From: Octopus sinensis
Taxonomy: Eukaryota
Length of the DNA: 64,000 nt
Direction of reading: 5' to 3'
Assembly (NCBI RefSeq): GCF_006345805.1
Contig: NC_043012.1
Coordinates: forward strand, 50,158,001 to 50,222,000
Shown piece after piece: positions 43,001 through 57,963 of the stretch (the stretch's first letter is position 1; the number at the start of each line of letters is the position of its first letter). A program made the position numbers and the translations under genes. Below the pieces are notes generated by a model. That model worked only from the letters and a program-made list of their open reading frames with translations. It made no database searches and was not told the origin of the DNA.

Positions 43001-45604
43001 TTTTGACGTGACATATTTTGAAGTAAAAGTGTTGTAATTTCACCATTACAAAGTTGTGCATTTAGAAGGAAAATAACCAACGAGTAAGTATTGATGGGTT
43101 TGAATTTATGTTACTGAGCATTGTGGTCAAAACATTGTCTAATCAATTGATTCTGTGATGCTTGAGATTGAATCTGTAGATGAAGAAACTGTGTGTAGCT
43201 GTATATTGAAGAGAATGAAGAAGAAAAGCAAATTGTCCATCGCCGACCTGAATGTGCTACGTTGCGAAGGGACTGAATCCTCACAGCAAGTTTTTATATC
43301 GGTATGAAGTAATTCTGTTATTTCTCTAATCAAACAGAAAACGGATCATTTCGCTCTTTTTATTTAAAAAAATTTTTGGCGATTAGAAAAGTGTGAATAA
43401 TTTAAAATTGCTTTCAGTCAGTTCGAATGTCTCGCGACATTTACCTTCAAGTAGGTTTAGGATACACGAAAACTTGCTTATACCGCATACTTGCCAATCA
43501 AAATTCAACGGAGGTCAACTGTGTCTTTTATCATGTGTGACTAAATAAATATTAATGCATTCTGTGGATGCAAATTGGTGACATTTACGTTCAGCCGGAA
43601 GCGCCAGCAACGATAGTTGTACAAAGTGAATCAGCATTTCCTTTTTCCTTGTGTAACAAAAGAAAAGAGAGGAATATATACAAAATATGTAATCCTCTGT
43701 AAAATGTAGTATATTTTCTTGCACCCTGTACAGAAAATTTAGTTTTAGATTCTTCTCTAGTTTTAGGAAGCATACGGAACACCATGTTCTAATGTATTTG
43801 TTAAAACTCTACTAAATTATTCAATGACACCCAAAACAATTTTTAATCAGTCTACTTAGAGTGGCAAAAAATAAATCACCTTAGGTGTATTAATTACTGC
43901 TTTGCGATATACAGAAATGTTGTCATGAGTAAGATCTGAACTCAGTATGTAAAAAATCGCAATTAAGTCGATAGCATACGCAGTACGGCATTGTATAGTA
44001 TCTACTCGACCACCGCTTTATATCTAACTAATTATTGATATCACATATTCGAACATTATTTCCAGTGATCTCTTTATATAAGCAGCAAAAGAAAAAAAAT
44101 GTAGTAATTTTTAATAAACAGACATACACACGCACTCACCCCCAATTCCCCTAACTTTCTCTGCATCTGTCTCATAAGTGAAAACCTACAAACATACGGA
44201 TTTACCTGCAGGCTTGCACCCCACCACACACATGAATATGTATGCGTGAGTATGTGTATATATGTGTACGTATGTATATGTATGTGTGTTCGTATATGTA
44301 TGAAGGTGCTCATTTATATAAGAAGTTATGAGCATATATGTCTATGTGTGTGTGTATGTGTGTGTATGTGTCTGTGTCTGTGTGTATACTTATATTGATA
44401 TATGGTCTTTCATTCTCTATACAAGCTTTTGTTTATATACTTGTATTACTCTGTGGAAACTTTTCATTGATATACGCTCTCATTCATTTATGTTTTTGTT
44501 GTTTCTTTTTAGACTTAGATGAATTTTACGTCGGCACCGTTATCCGTATTGCTGTTGATTAATATTGAATATGTTTTCTCTTTGATGTTCGTTTATATTA
44601 TATTATATATGTGTTGAAATGTACTGCATTTGCTAAGAACTCATTCATGATTAAATAGATTGTGTGTCACAGCTTTTTTAAGCAATTATTTGACGGGGAT
44701 TAATTACTTGGGATTTGAACATTATCTAGAATTTCCTCACCCACCAACACCTCTGATATGTGATTATTACATACCACATATGAAGGGATACAGAATTTTG
44801 TATATCGATGAATATTTCTTTATTCTTGACTAGACACGAGGGTTATATATTACTATACGTTTGAGTGTAAATGTGATGTTGTGATCTTCACACGTTCCTC
44901 TGCAAATACTTTTGGTATGTGTAATACAGAAAAATTAAAATATTGAAAACAAAAACCAGTTAATTGTCTCGATTATCGTGGAGCTTCAAATTCAGTTCTA
45001 TAGGGCTAATGGTGCATGCACGTGTCGAAACCAGACAAACATTCGGTCCTGGAGAATGGCAGATTTCTGAGTTACAATGAACATTAGAATATATATGTAA
45101 ATCTATTCTTGTAAACAAATGAACGGATTGCGCGACATTCGGAATGAGAAATTTACGTGAACTTCTCACGATACGAATCGATGTGCCTTGGCTTTACTTA
45201 GAAGATACAGTCATTTTGAAAACTCATTCTCCGACACAGAAATGCCTTGTTATTAGGCATAGATGTGGTAGCCAATGCAGATGTTTACAGCCGTCTAACC
45301 ATTTTACGTTTAGCTTCAATAATATTTTCTTGAGCTTAACAAATTTTATCGGCTTCTGAGGACCGTATCTAGAGGATATAGATTCAGTAGACAAATATAG
45401 CGTTGATTTCCAAACACTTCTCGGATACGAACCGCATAGAATTGTGTTCTGATCGAGGGTCGACCACGATAGGGCACGAAATTAAAGATCCCTTCAATGG
45501 AAAGTGAAAGTTACGTCCAATATGCGTCAAGCTTGCCGAGCTTGGATTATACATTCAAAACGAATACACACTAACACACGCGCGCGCACACGTACATATA
45601 CATG

Positions 45605-45675
<71 letters not shown>

Positions 45676-45679
45676 TATA

Positions 45680-46038
45680 AACCACATGGTTCCGGGTTCA
45701 GTCTCACTGCGTGGAATCTTGGGCAAGTATCTTCTACTATAGCCACGGCCCGACCAAAACCTTGTGAGTGGATTTGGTAGGCAGAAACTAAAAGATGGCC
45801 ATCGCATGTATGTATATATATATATATGTTTGTGTGCCTGTGTTTGTCTCCCCAACATCGCTTGAAAACCGATATTGGTGTGTTTACGTCTCCTTAACTG
45901 AGGGGTTCGGCAAAAGAGGCCGATAGAATAAGTACTAGGCTTACAAAGAATAAGTCCTGGGGTCGATGTGCTCGATTAAAAGGCGGTGCTCCAGCATGGC
46001 TGCAGTAGAATGACTGAAAGAAGTAAAAAAGTAAAAGT
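45680..46038 (+). mobile_element. Bipartite CORE-type tRNA SINE (5'-truncated)
   Basis: AACCACATGGTTCCGGGTTCAGTC..CTTGGGCAAGT..GGCGGTGCTCCAGCATGGC..GTAAAAG tail. Confidence 0.9.
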
Positions 46039-46098
46039 GTATATATATATATATATATATATATAGCACACATCCGTTTTATTATTATCAATATCAAT

Positions 46099-46203
<105 letters not shown>

Positions 46204-46756
46204 GTGTGAAAGAGCAGTGCATGCCATCAAAGTGGCACTGGGGTAAAATATACGAAGCCTAATATACCCACGAAGCCGTCTGACAAAGTTATACCAGGCT
46301 CATGCATCACAATCATATGTGCGTGACATAGTGATCTCATATCAAGATTAACAGCATATGACCTTGCTGGTTGGGCCCTGTTAGAATTTTCTTCAGGTTG
46401 AGTAGCCCATCCCGCTCATAAGGTACCTGAATAAGGGTTGTTTAAGGATGTTAAATGAAATACCGAAGTTTCTTGGGGTGAATTAATCAAATCCCAAAGA
46501 GCCATTCTCAACTCATGACTATAATGCTCCGCCACTACTTCTGCTCTTGATCAGAGATGCACATATCGTCAGCCAGTAAGGGACATGCTCAATTGGTTGA
46601 GGTAAAAAAACTGACAAGCAAATCTGTAATATTGAGTAGAATATTTGCTGTAGCCCATCTTTTATACCAAGGCAAAGCAATGTACATGATAACACTTCCA
46701 ATCAGTTAAGATGAGAAGGCATGAGAGCCACGGCCCGCTACTGCATCAGGGCATTT
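46204..46756. repeat. About 550-bp non-coding element, copy 1, embedded in (ATT)n
   Basis: Colinear with 46865-47407 from GAGCAG..GCCATCAAAGTG to TGCATCAGGGCATTT. Confidence 0.9.
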
Positions 46757-46787
46757 ACTACTACTGCTACTACTTCTGCTACTACTG

Positions 46788-46833
<46 letters not shown>

Positions 46834-46864
46834 TACTAATACTACTACTATTATTATTATTATT

Positions 46865-47407
46865 GAGTGAGAGAGCAGAGCAGGCCATCAAAGTGATACT
46901 GGGTTAAAATAAACGAAGCCCAGTATACCCATCATGACTACCCGTCTGATAAGAATACACCAGGTACATGCATCACAACCACATGTACGTGACATGGAAA
47001 TATCATATCAAGATTAACAGCGCATGATCTCGCAGGTGGGGCTCAGTTAGAATTTTCTTCGTGTCGAGTTGCCCATCCCGCTCAAAAGTTCCCTGAACAA
47101 GGATTGTTTAAGGATGTTGAACGAAGCACCTATGTTTCTAGAACTGAATTATACAAACTCCAAAGAATTCCTCTCAATACATAGCTATGATGCTCGTCCA
47201 CTACTTCTGCTCGTGAACGTCAGCCATCAAGAGACATCTTCAAATTGTTAAGGTCAAACAACTGACAAGCAAATCTGTGGCACTGAGCAGAATAGTTGCT
47301 GTAGACCATCTTTTATACCAACACAAAACAATGTACATGTTAAAACTTCCAATCAATTAAGATCAGAAACCAAGAGATCCACTGCCTACTAGTGCATCAG
47401 GGCATTT
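46865..47407. repeat. About 550-bp non-coding element, copy 2, embedded in (ATT)n
   Basis: Diverged direct repeat of 46204-46756 with the same ends. Confidence 0.9.
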
Positions 47408-47468
<61 letters not shown>

Positions 47469-47469
<1 letters not shown>

Positions 47470-47604
47470 AGAGTTCAAATTCTCCCGAGGATTACTTTGC
47501 CTTTTATCATTTCTGGGTCGATAAATTAAGTACCATTTGAACACTAGGGTTGATGTGATTACCGCATCCCCTACCCCAAATTGGCTGCCCCGTGACAAAA
47601 TTTT
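47469..47604 (+). mobile_element. SINE fragment with Nin/Deu-like domain inside an (ATT)n array
   Basis: GAGTTCAAATTC..CTTTGCCTTTTATCATTTCTGGGTCGATAAATTAAGTACCA. Confidence 0.75.
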
Positions 47605-47619
47605 CAGCCATTATTATTA

Positions 47620-47709
<90 letters not shown>

Positions 47710-48934
47710 CCATCGTTATTATCATTGTTATTCTCGTTATGCAATATAATTTCTTGTGCAAATATAGAGTGGGAATAATTCTGGAGAAGCCAGGCACTGA
47801 GTGGAAGAAATCATAATTTGATGATTGGCATGTCTGTTGTTGGAGAGCGTCAAGTTTTCAGAAGACAATGGAAATGTTTATCTAATCAAAGAAAGCGCTA
47901 CGCAAGAATACTAATCCCCGGGCCTGCAAGGCTCTCTTTGTTTATTTACATTCTATAGGTCATAGACACCTGCAAATGTACGTGTCACTTCTCACAAATG
48001 AATTTCAACTACGTGTGAGAAATAAATAACAGAAGAAAATCAGGTTTTCTGAGGGGCAGTGCCTGGTTTTGAATTATATATGTTTATAACTCACTTAGAC
48101 GAAGAATTCAATTTCAATGTTCATGTATAAGCACACAGACTCAGAAACATACACATATATATTGAAAACATAGAAACTCACGCTAAAACATAGAGAAACA
48201 ATCTCGCGCACAAGCATATATATACACAAAAACCGCGCATATATTTGTATATGTTTTATATTTATGAAGTGTCATCAAATCGATATATTTCATTCTAAGT
48301 TTTGCGAATTTTCAGATTTCAAATCATATACATGATGCGCGCGCGCGCGTGTATGTGTGTGTGTGTGTGCATTTGTTAAAACAATAGATACTGCATATTA
48401 CATTAAAATTACAAAACTTGAGTTTTGTAAATATGTCACGTTTAAATACAAATCACCCTATTGAGTTGATGCGAAAAAATCGAAAAGAATGAAAATTATA
48501 AAGGTGAAAAAATGGAGTATGGTTAGATATTTTACAAAATATTCTTGTAATGTGCCCAAGGACACACATTTTAAAAAAATTGCTAATATTTTATAATTTT
48601 AATACATAGTGAGCGAAATAAGTTGAATAATTTGGAAGGTAGTTCAATGTGTTAACTGAAGAAAAACTCATATAAAATGGTTAGCGTGGAATAACTGTAA
48701 ATAATTGTTATTAGAAATGATTTAGTCAAATTTAGTATAAAGAGAAAGGACTGATGTGAGTGAAATTTTAAAAAAAATATAATAATAAACTCTTATTGTA
48801 GATATTAACTCCTTTTTGTATAATTGGGTAAAGAGAAAATATACACACTATCACATTATCATACATGTGTGCATATATTTGTATACGTGTATACACATGT
48901 GTACATGAATAAAGTTGCAATCCTTCTATATTTA

Positions 48935-49597
48935 CAGGGTGTTCAAGCTAAATATGATAAATTATTTTTGTCTTTTATTCAGGAAATGCTTGATGTAATG
49001 ATGAACAGTCAACGGTGTTGAGGATCATAAAGATTCAAGCTGTTGGTGAGAAAAATCGAGGTGGCACAGAGAACTGCAAACCATCTGAATATTGGAAAAA
49101 AAGTAACCTATGCATGGTGCGCACCGGGTATTAATGATCCAACATCATGACTGCTGCTCAGTTCTCTGTGAATACCGTAAAGGCTGGAAGACGTGACATG
49201 GTCAGCTGTAAGGAAACCGAAGCCCGCGTCCAAACACCAGAGTTTAAATGCACATAATTAATGAAGGCCTAAGGCTCAATTCAGACGACTGCGAAGTTAC
49301 TGCAGATTATGGTCAAGCCATGGCTGGAAATGGTCGCTGCTAGAAAGATAGATGTGGTGCAGCATAATTCAATACCTTGCCATACTTCCGGGAAGAGTCA
49401 TAGATATTTATCGAAGACTTTCTACGATGTCACCAGCCCCAATTTCTGGACTCATAATTCGCCCGATTGTAGCCCTGTAGACTTCTGTGTGAGGCCCGTT
49501 ATTGCGAAAAAACATACCAAACGCAATGCTAGCAACACCAAAGCTCAGATGGTGACTAAGATCAAGAAGGTTTATAAAAATCCTCTTAGAGACACAG
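48935..49597 (+). mobile_element. Internally deleted maT (DD37D-like) transposon remnant
   Basis: Starts TA|CAGGGTG. ORF 49309 reads VKPWLEMVAARKIDVVQHNSIPCHTSGKSHRYLSKTFYDVTSPNFWTHNSPDCSPVDFCV (cf. QQDSAPCHTS..WPPNSPDCNPMDY), with 37-residue spacing. Confidence 0.8.
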
Positions 49598-49842
49598 ATA
49601 TAATGATAATAATAGCAAAGAAGTCAAAATTAACGTTAAATATAACGTCTAACAATAGACACGACAACAATATCACACACGACAAGAACAAGATCACCGC
49701 TCGTACGTACACGCACCGACACGCATACAGTCAGTGTTTATGCGCTCACACATACTCACACAAACTTACACAATACTAGGCCATTGGAGCGCGTTAAATA
49801 ACGCAAAGAGACATTAAGTAAAGTTAAATTCTTGAGTTATCA

Positions 49843-50040
49843 CGACTCATAAGGGCCGGTTTCATGGCGTATGAATTCCCCCTGTTGTAGGGGTACTCAT
49901 TTTTGCCAGCTGAATGGACTGGAGCAACGAGAAATGAAAGGCTTTACTCAGGAATACAACGCGTCGCCGGGTCCAGAAAATCAAACCACAAGTTTAAGAT
50001 CATGTGTCCATTACCTTAACCACTAAGCCTCGAGCCTACA
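49843..50040 (-). mobile_element. tRNA SINE with a Meta-like body (as 11508-11814) and the tail of the 2665 family
   Basis: Reverse complement: GGCTTAGTGGTTAAGG..TTGCTCCAGTCCATTCAGCTGGCAAAAATGAG..ATACGCCATGAAACCGGCCCTTATGAG. Confidence 0.75.
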
Positions 50041-50350
50041 CTAAAGACACAGACACCCATGTGTATATATTTGAGTGTAAACGTGTGAGTTTTTTTTTTT
50101 TAAATATTATAATGTTTTGTCACTAGTCGCGTTATTTCTCTCGCAAAGACCTGTTAAACACAAATGGCAAGTCATAAGTTACGCGATGGAAACCCATAAT
50201 TTTGATGGGAACATTCTGGCAGTCGTTTCTCATTCACTTACTGTCTATGTATGTATGTATGTACGTATGTATGTACGTGTGTATGTATGTGTGTGTGTGT
50301 ATGTATGTATGTATGTATGTATGTATGTATGTATGTAGTATGTATGTATG

Positions 50351-50391
<41 letters not shown>

Positions 50392-50453
50392 CTCTATCTA
50401 TATATCAATATACACACGTATATATATATATACATACACACACATAAATATAT

Positions 50454-50484
<31 letters not shown>

Positions 50485-50794
50485 AATAATGAATATATGT
50501 ATCTATCTCTTTTACATTCTGTCTCACTCTATGTACACATATGTATATAAATACCTTCATATATGTGTGTGTATACATACCTACACATACATATATCAAT
50601 GCTTTCACATATATATTGGCTTTGCACGTATATTACAAAATATTTCAAAGAGACAAAGACCTTTATTTTCTCTATATCCATTAATTCTGTCTAGGTTTTC
50701 GACACAGTTATCGCAGCACACGTACTTATACTAACGCACGCACTGTAAAGATATATATACAAAGCTATATATATATATATATACATATATAATA

Positions 50795-50865
<71 letters not shown>

Positions 50866-50899
50866 CATATATATGTTTAATTATGTATATATACATGTT

Positions 50900-50982
<83 letters not shown>

Positions 50983-52243
50983 CATATATATAGATATACA
51001 CATATATACACACTTACGTACATATATGTATATATTGATATACTATCTTAGATATATTGGAAAAAGTTTAAACATCTAAGACTTTCGCGATGATATTTAT
51101 CACGGTCTTCCAGTCTGTGCACAGTTTCATAGCAAAACTGTATTGCTACTAAGTGAGACTATCTACAAACCTATAGGGAAAACATTCTACCTTGAAAAGT
51201 CCATCATCCTTATCGTTTCGCCCCGTTGAGCATTGTTCTAGAATCCAACAACACTGCAGTTCAAAAAGAAATAACTTCCGCTCAATTCCTGCTGACATCG
51301 AATAATGTTTATAATTTGAGATTATTTCACACTTTTATATGTAATTAAGTCAGTTACAATTAATTATATATAAATAAATAAATGAGGCGAGTTTTAGTCA
51401 TGTTTATACATTTTCCCTTTTCAATCCCGGCAAGGAAGTGTGTGCTTAATATTTTTCATAGATATATTTGGTCATATTATATTCGTCAACATATATGTAT
51501 CAAAATGTTTTACTATACAATACTACGTATAATATTCAAGTAATACAAAGGAATTAAGTGCAAATATTCTTGTATTTCATTAGAATGACAAACACCCTTG
51601 TATTCCATTGCGACAGTAATGATTTCTCTAACTAAATATATATATATGTGTACACATAAGTTCCTTTTGCGAGATGTTTATAGTTTATGCAGACTTGGTA
51701 CTGGATATACCACGATTGCAGCTTTTGCTATCGCATAAAATAACCAGAGGCTAATATCTTCTCTTCTGAAATCCAACGAACATCTAGTTTATAATCAAGA
51801 TTAGAAGATGCTTATATCAAATATAGCAGCTCATAATCTTGTATTAATAGCTTCAACACCGGTTGAAAAGAGAACTCTATTTTACTAACGCCACAAACAT
51901 TACGAATGAATTCTGATTTGTTGTATTGGGAGAAAAGTTGAGTGTTGTAAGCGTTACGTGTAATACGTTATTTTTTTTCGATGCATTCGGTAAGGTTTTT
52001 GTTAAAATTCGAAGGGAAGGATATCGTAGTCTGGGTTACATAGCAACACAAATTGTACCACACATACATAGCAGGGAACTTCCTGTTGCATTTTGTAACT
52101 TGTAACTTGTAAATAGATCACACCACAATATCGACAATATCACAGGGGGACCTTGGGAACTGGTGTCATGAAGGTTTAACAAAAATGTATCATGAAACAA
52201 AACATGAAAATATTATTTGGAGAGGATATCTATCTGTCTATCC

Positions 52244-52316
<73 letters not shown>

Positions 52317-52374
52317 GCTATCTATCTATCTATCTATATATATATATATATATATATATCTGTCTATCTATCTG

Positions 52375-52411
<37 letters not shown>

Positions 52412-54296
52412 CTATATGGAGATGCTGATATTTTCTTGTACATATGAGAAATAATCAGTAGAAAATCAGTTTGTCGCTTTTCGTTCTCGCAGGTTCTCAT
52501 GTAACATGTTCCCTCTGAAAGCATTCAGACGGCAATTATAGTAAAGTTTAAATCCCTATACTTACCCGATAAAGTAATCGAGAATACAAGCAACAACCCC
52601 TAAAATGTGATACTTGAAAAGCAAGCGACATTCGAGTGTAAATACGCATATCGAAACAATTGATCTCAAACTATATTCTGAACGTGTGTTAGAAAGCAAA
52701 GAAAGTAAACATCGTCACACAAGAAAATAACTAAATCTAAAATCAATAAGGAAATGCAGGATCTCAGTATCAAAGCAAGGATTATTAACACATGAATGTG
52801 ATGTCATTTTAGACAGGTTTTAGAAATATATATCAGTTTGTTACTAAACAAAATAAAAGACGCACCACTAAAGACAAAAACAGAAAGATTCTCTGACGAA
52901 AAGCAAATAAGGAAAACGCGGACACAATGCATATGTTCAGAGATACACAGTTACAGTGAGTAGAAATGATTCAAGCACAGTCTATTCATTAGAATCCAAG
53001 AAATATTTCAACAGATGATTGTATATGCCAGCCAATGCTGAAGAACCGGTGTTGCCCAAGGCACAATCCGGGATTGATCCAAACCGCCATGGAAGTAGAC
53101 CTCGTGTACAACTTCTCCATCCACTTGAATGCCTTTTTCATAGTAAACCATAATTTTACTTGTATATTCCTCAATATTCCTCTCATTTACTCACATTTAC
53201 ACACGCTATATGGCTAAATTATTTTAACAGATATATCTACATGGTTCACATGTAATGAACTCGCATACATGTTTACTGGGTCATTTATTATATGTTGAAT
53301 GTCGTAAAGAAAACATATGCTCACATACTTTAACTTTGACACACATTATATTTGTTATGGTATAGGGATCTCCAAGGAACTTTTAGGAAAATGTGAATCT
53401 TTCTAAATTCCATTATAAACCACAAAGACGGCGTTTCAGTATTTCACTTGATTTGCTAAATCCCTAACCACAGGAATAATCATAACACGTGTAACACAAT
53501 TTAAGGCCTATGTCATAATTGTGAGGAATGGTCATATTTGGAAGCCGACTCTAAATAGCTGGAACTGAGAGGATTCTGCTGACTCCAACTACAAGGCAGA
53601 TGATAGTGTTAATGATGGTGATGGAGTAGACCTTCGACCTATGTTTTATCTTAACCCAAATAACTGTGAAGCTCTTTCATGGATACATTTTTAATTCTAG
53701 ACACACATTCTAATCCAGCATAGAGAACAGTTATAAATTATAAAACTGAACCCTGTTTATTATAGAAAATATTAAAATTGGCGAACCTATGTTTGTAGCT
53801 CATTACATTTTAAATTATAAAGAAAATAGCACAGATCTTCAAACTATTTTGGAAAGCTATTCTCAAACTTAAACATATTTTCTACACAGCATTATCAAAA
53901 CTGTACATAAGAGTACGCACCTTGCTGGGTGGGTTCTGTCCCGCTGCATGGCATCTTGTGCTCTTATCGCCTACTGCGGCCCCGGGCCGGCCAAATACTT
54001 GTGATTGGATATAGTACACAGAAAGTGAAAGTCTATCACGTGTTTGTGTGTGTGTGTCTGTCCAAACGATGTGTGCTTATATATATGTAAGTATGCATGC
54101 GCTGATATGTGCGTGTCTGCTTCTGTGTTTATGTTTGATTCCCACCAAGACGGTGCTCCAGCATGGTCGCAGTCGCATGGCTGGCACAACTAAAAGATAA
54201 AAGAGACAACGAAGATTTCAGAATTTTTTTTTAAATACTAATTGGCAAGCATCGGGTTTCTCGTAACCTAGAGACAATTATCTTAGAGCTTGTACA

Positions 54297-54673
54297 TCTC
54301 TCTCTATATAAACGGCAGTTTGTCTGTGCGTTTTCTGTGTGTCTGTTTTCTCGTACCCTCACTCTGACCACGGCTTTCAACCGATTCTGATGAAACTTGA
54401 CACACACATAGCCCAATGTCATAATTCAAAACTAACGCAGCGAAAATTTTGAAAAGTTCTCCAGTTCTGAAAAATCGATAAATTCGACATGGGGTCGAGA
54501 ATCATAAACCCAAACCACAGACCGTCTAGGGGACGCAACTCCACCTTTTTAACTCTCAAAAAAATTTACCATCATTTTTTTTCCATTTTTTGCTATTTTT
54601 TGGCTATAACTCTCTAAAAATGCTTTATTGTTATTTCCCTTACAACCTGAGCAACGCCGGGCGATACTGCTAG
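54297..54673 (+). mobile_element. Non-autonomous Helitron (about 377 bp)
   Basis: A|TCTCTCTCTATATAAA 5' end, subterminal GC hairpin CCTGAGCAACGCCGGG, CTAG|T 3' end, no TSD. Confidence 0.8.
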
Positions 54674-55010
54674 TCTAGTATATCAGGGGAATATTTAGCA
54701 CACTTTGCACTTTATAAATCATCTTAACTGTTGTCTACTTTACAAGAATTGATCTTGTATCTTAATTTGTGTCAGTTTCGGGACTTTTCAAAAATTAATG
54801 GAGCTGTATTTTTTACACCATGGCAGCATGCAAAATTGCTTACATACCAACACACATGCAGGCACTAAAACCCACTCACAGGCGTACATAAATACACATG
54901 CGAACACACATATACGTACATGTGGTATGTTTGTGTGCACATATGTGTATCTCACTGTCTCTTCTCTCGGTCAGCCACTCTATGTGTGTGCGCGTGTGTG
55001 TATATTTATG

Positions 55011-55051
<41 letters not shown>

Positions 55052-55108
55052 ATATATGTATCTGTGCATATATATATATATGTATATGTGTGTATATATA
55101 TATGTATA

Positions 55109-55166
<58 letters not shown>

Positions 55167-55188
55167 CACATATATATATGTATGTATA

Positions 55189-55279
<91 letters not shown>

Positions 55280-56741
55280 TATACACATTCAGATATACAT
55301 GTATATACATACTCACTCGTAGACAAGTAGACGGAGACACACAGACAGAGATGAAGGTAAACATACTGAGTGAGTTGATTACAGTATAGACAAACGAGAA
55401 TTGAAATGTAACAGACTGCTTCATTTGAAGAAACGTAGGAGAAACATTGATGAAATTTAATTAAATAAAAGCACTAAATTTCTTTTGGATAGAGAATTAT
55501 GGTTAGCTCTTCCATTTAAGTTTATAGTTAACACACATCTTTAGCCTTACTCTGTAAAGTAGATGTAGTTAAGCCATGGTTTTAGTCTTCTTCGGCTACA
55601 GCAAGAAGACATTTCGTTTCATTAGAAATGACGTGGGTGAGAACGGTAGCTTATCACTTGTTTTCGGTATATATATAGTGGGATAGATATAACGTGATCA
55701 TCCCTAATTTGCATAGTAATACTGTAAGCATTTGCATATATTATAAATAGTAATATGCAACTATTGTTACTGTGACCTCAAACATTGGCGATCCATCACT
55801 GATGAATCGTCAAAAGCACTGAAACAAATCACATCGATCTCATTCCAAAGAAAAACAAATATTTCACTTGTATGTAGTATCTATAGCGAGTTTCAAGATG
55901 TGTGTTCATAATGATCATACACTCGTAAATATTTCTTACATCACAATTTATTGAAACATCTATAGTGCCACTTTTATCTAACAATACACACGCATATACG
56001 CGAGTGCAAAAACTCAAACACACATAAAGCTATGAAGTACTAAATTACGTAGGTAGACAGACCCATATAAAGATCTCTGAATCCATAAGCGCATTCTATA
56101 TGAAACATGTATGACATAAAGCACGCATATTCAACCTTTATATCTATAAATCGTTAAGAGTGAATAATTAAGAAAAGAACTGTAAATAAATGTGAGAGAA
56201 TTATACCACTGCTGAACAATAAAACAAAACGAACTAATTTATGACCCCCTCACCTAGAATATAAAACCCTTAAACTTTAAGACCCCTAGACACTAATTAG
56301 CGTTTTCCATTGCAAAGTTTAATTGACTATAAATTACAGCACTGATTAAGGACACAGAACTAACATGCGCCATGTTTTCAAAAATGCAATTTTCCATAGC
56401 AAAATTAGAGAAGGACGTGTATTTTACCATCTAATATTTTCAGAGCTGAATTTATTGAGAAGAAGCTCGAAATATCCAGAATCGTCTTTAATCTACATTA
56501 ATTATATATGCAACTATATTTGTCTTTTAATAAATTGCTAGTTTATCTCTATTCATATAAATTCATTTGAAATTTGGTCTATAATTACTGATGAACCGAA
56601 CATTGTGTATTCCATTGAATCTCTAAATTAGATTGGCTTGGCCAGTGGAAATATGCCAAACCTTTTTAGAAACTGACTAATTTAGCTATTACCGAAAACA
56701 AAACCATTTTATACAACGTTACATATTTTTATTTTATGGTG

Positions 56742-56778
<37 letters not shown>

Positions 56779-57560
56779 ATGTGTGTGTGTGTATGTGTGT
56801 AAGGACAGAGAGAGAGAAAGGTAAATATCCCACTCTCTCTCTTTTCCTGTATATTTACACTCACAGAAACACATTCACACATACGTATATATACACATAC
56901 AGGCGCACAACAAACATATATACCCGCACATACCTATTTGAATACAGCAGTGTGTTCATCTGCGTCATTATATATGCTACCTTCTCTTCTCTCACTCAGT
57001 TTTCTATTTTCTACGTTATTTCCTTCTAAGCTCCATTCTCTCATTTTCTATATCCAACATTCTCTCTCTCATTTCATATGTATACGAAACTATTGCATAT
57101 CTCATTAGAACGGTTAATGCTAATTTTTAAAATTAGCAAGAAGTTTACCTAATGGATCTTGAAACATGTATCGCAGTTTCGCTTACCTTCTACCATATCG
57201 ATTCTTCAATGCTTAGTAAACATTTTCGCCTCGAATTTAATACAAGCATTGTTAGATGGTCATTTGGCCTTGCAGTAACATTGATTCGGGATCAACTCCA
57301 TTATGTGGGGGTCTTGTCAAAAATGCCGAGTGAAATTTTTAGACTGAATCCATCACAGAAGCTCGTAGGTATGTATTCATCTAGTAATGGTTTGTAACAA
57401 CATTAATGCCTGGTTCTGTTTTGTGTTTTGCCGAGTATTCGATTGCAACTCTGTTAATTTGCTGACATGCTACAAAATAAACTTCAACGTTTAATCGAGG
57501 AACAGTCAATACAGGTGAAGTGACACTGTTTGGATTACACTGCCGTCACATGAATATAAT

Positions 57561-57963
57561 ATTTACTCTTTACTGTATACTCTTTTATTTGTTTCAGACT
57601 GCGGCCATGTTGGGGCAACTCGACCCCGAGACTTATTTTTTGTAAGCCCAGTACTTATTCTATCGGTCTGTTTTTGCCGAACCGCTAAGTGACAGAAACA
57701 TAAACACACCAGCATCGGTTATCAAGCAATGCTAGGGGGACAAACACAGACACACAAACATACACGCACACACACACATATATATATATACATATATACG
57801 ACGGACTTCTTTTCAGTTTCCGCCTACCAAATCCACTCACAAGGCTTTGGTCGGCCTGAGGTTATAGTAGAAGACACTTAGCCAAGGTGCCACGCTGTGG
57901 GACTGAACCCGGAACCATGTGGTTGGTAAGCAAGCTACTTACCACAAAGCCACTCCTGCGCCT
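57561..57963 (-). mobile_element. Full-length bipartite CORE-type tRNA SINE
   Basis: Head AGGCGCAGGAGTGGCTTTGTGGTAAGTAGCTTGC..GGGTTCAGTCCC, CORE-like CACCTTGGCTAAGTGTCTT, internal (TG/TA)n, GTAAAAGA-type tail. Confidence 0.9.

Noticed and set aside
44960-45560. Possible RTE-type LINE 3' remnant on the minus strand
   Set aside because: Only faint resemblance (HLHWLPHL); too degenerate to call without a profile search.
52990-53220. Cys-containing short ORF or exon-like stretch
   Set aside because: Contains a decayed SINE-head-like motif (TTGCCCAAGG..GGGATTGA) and lacks convincing splice signals.
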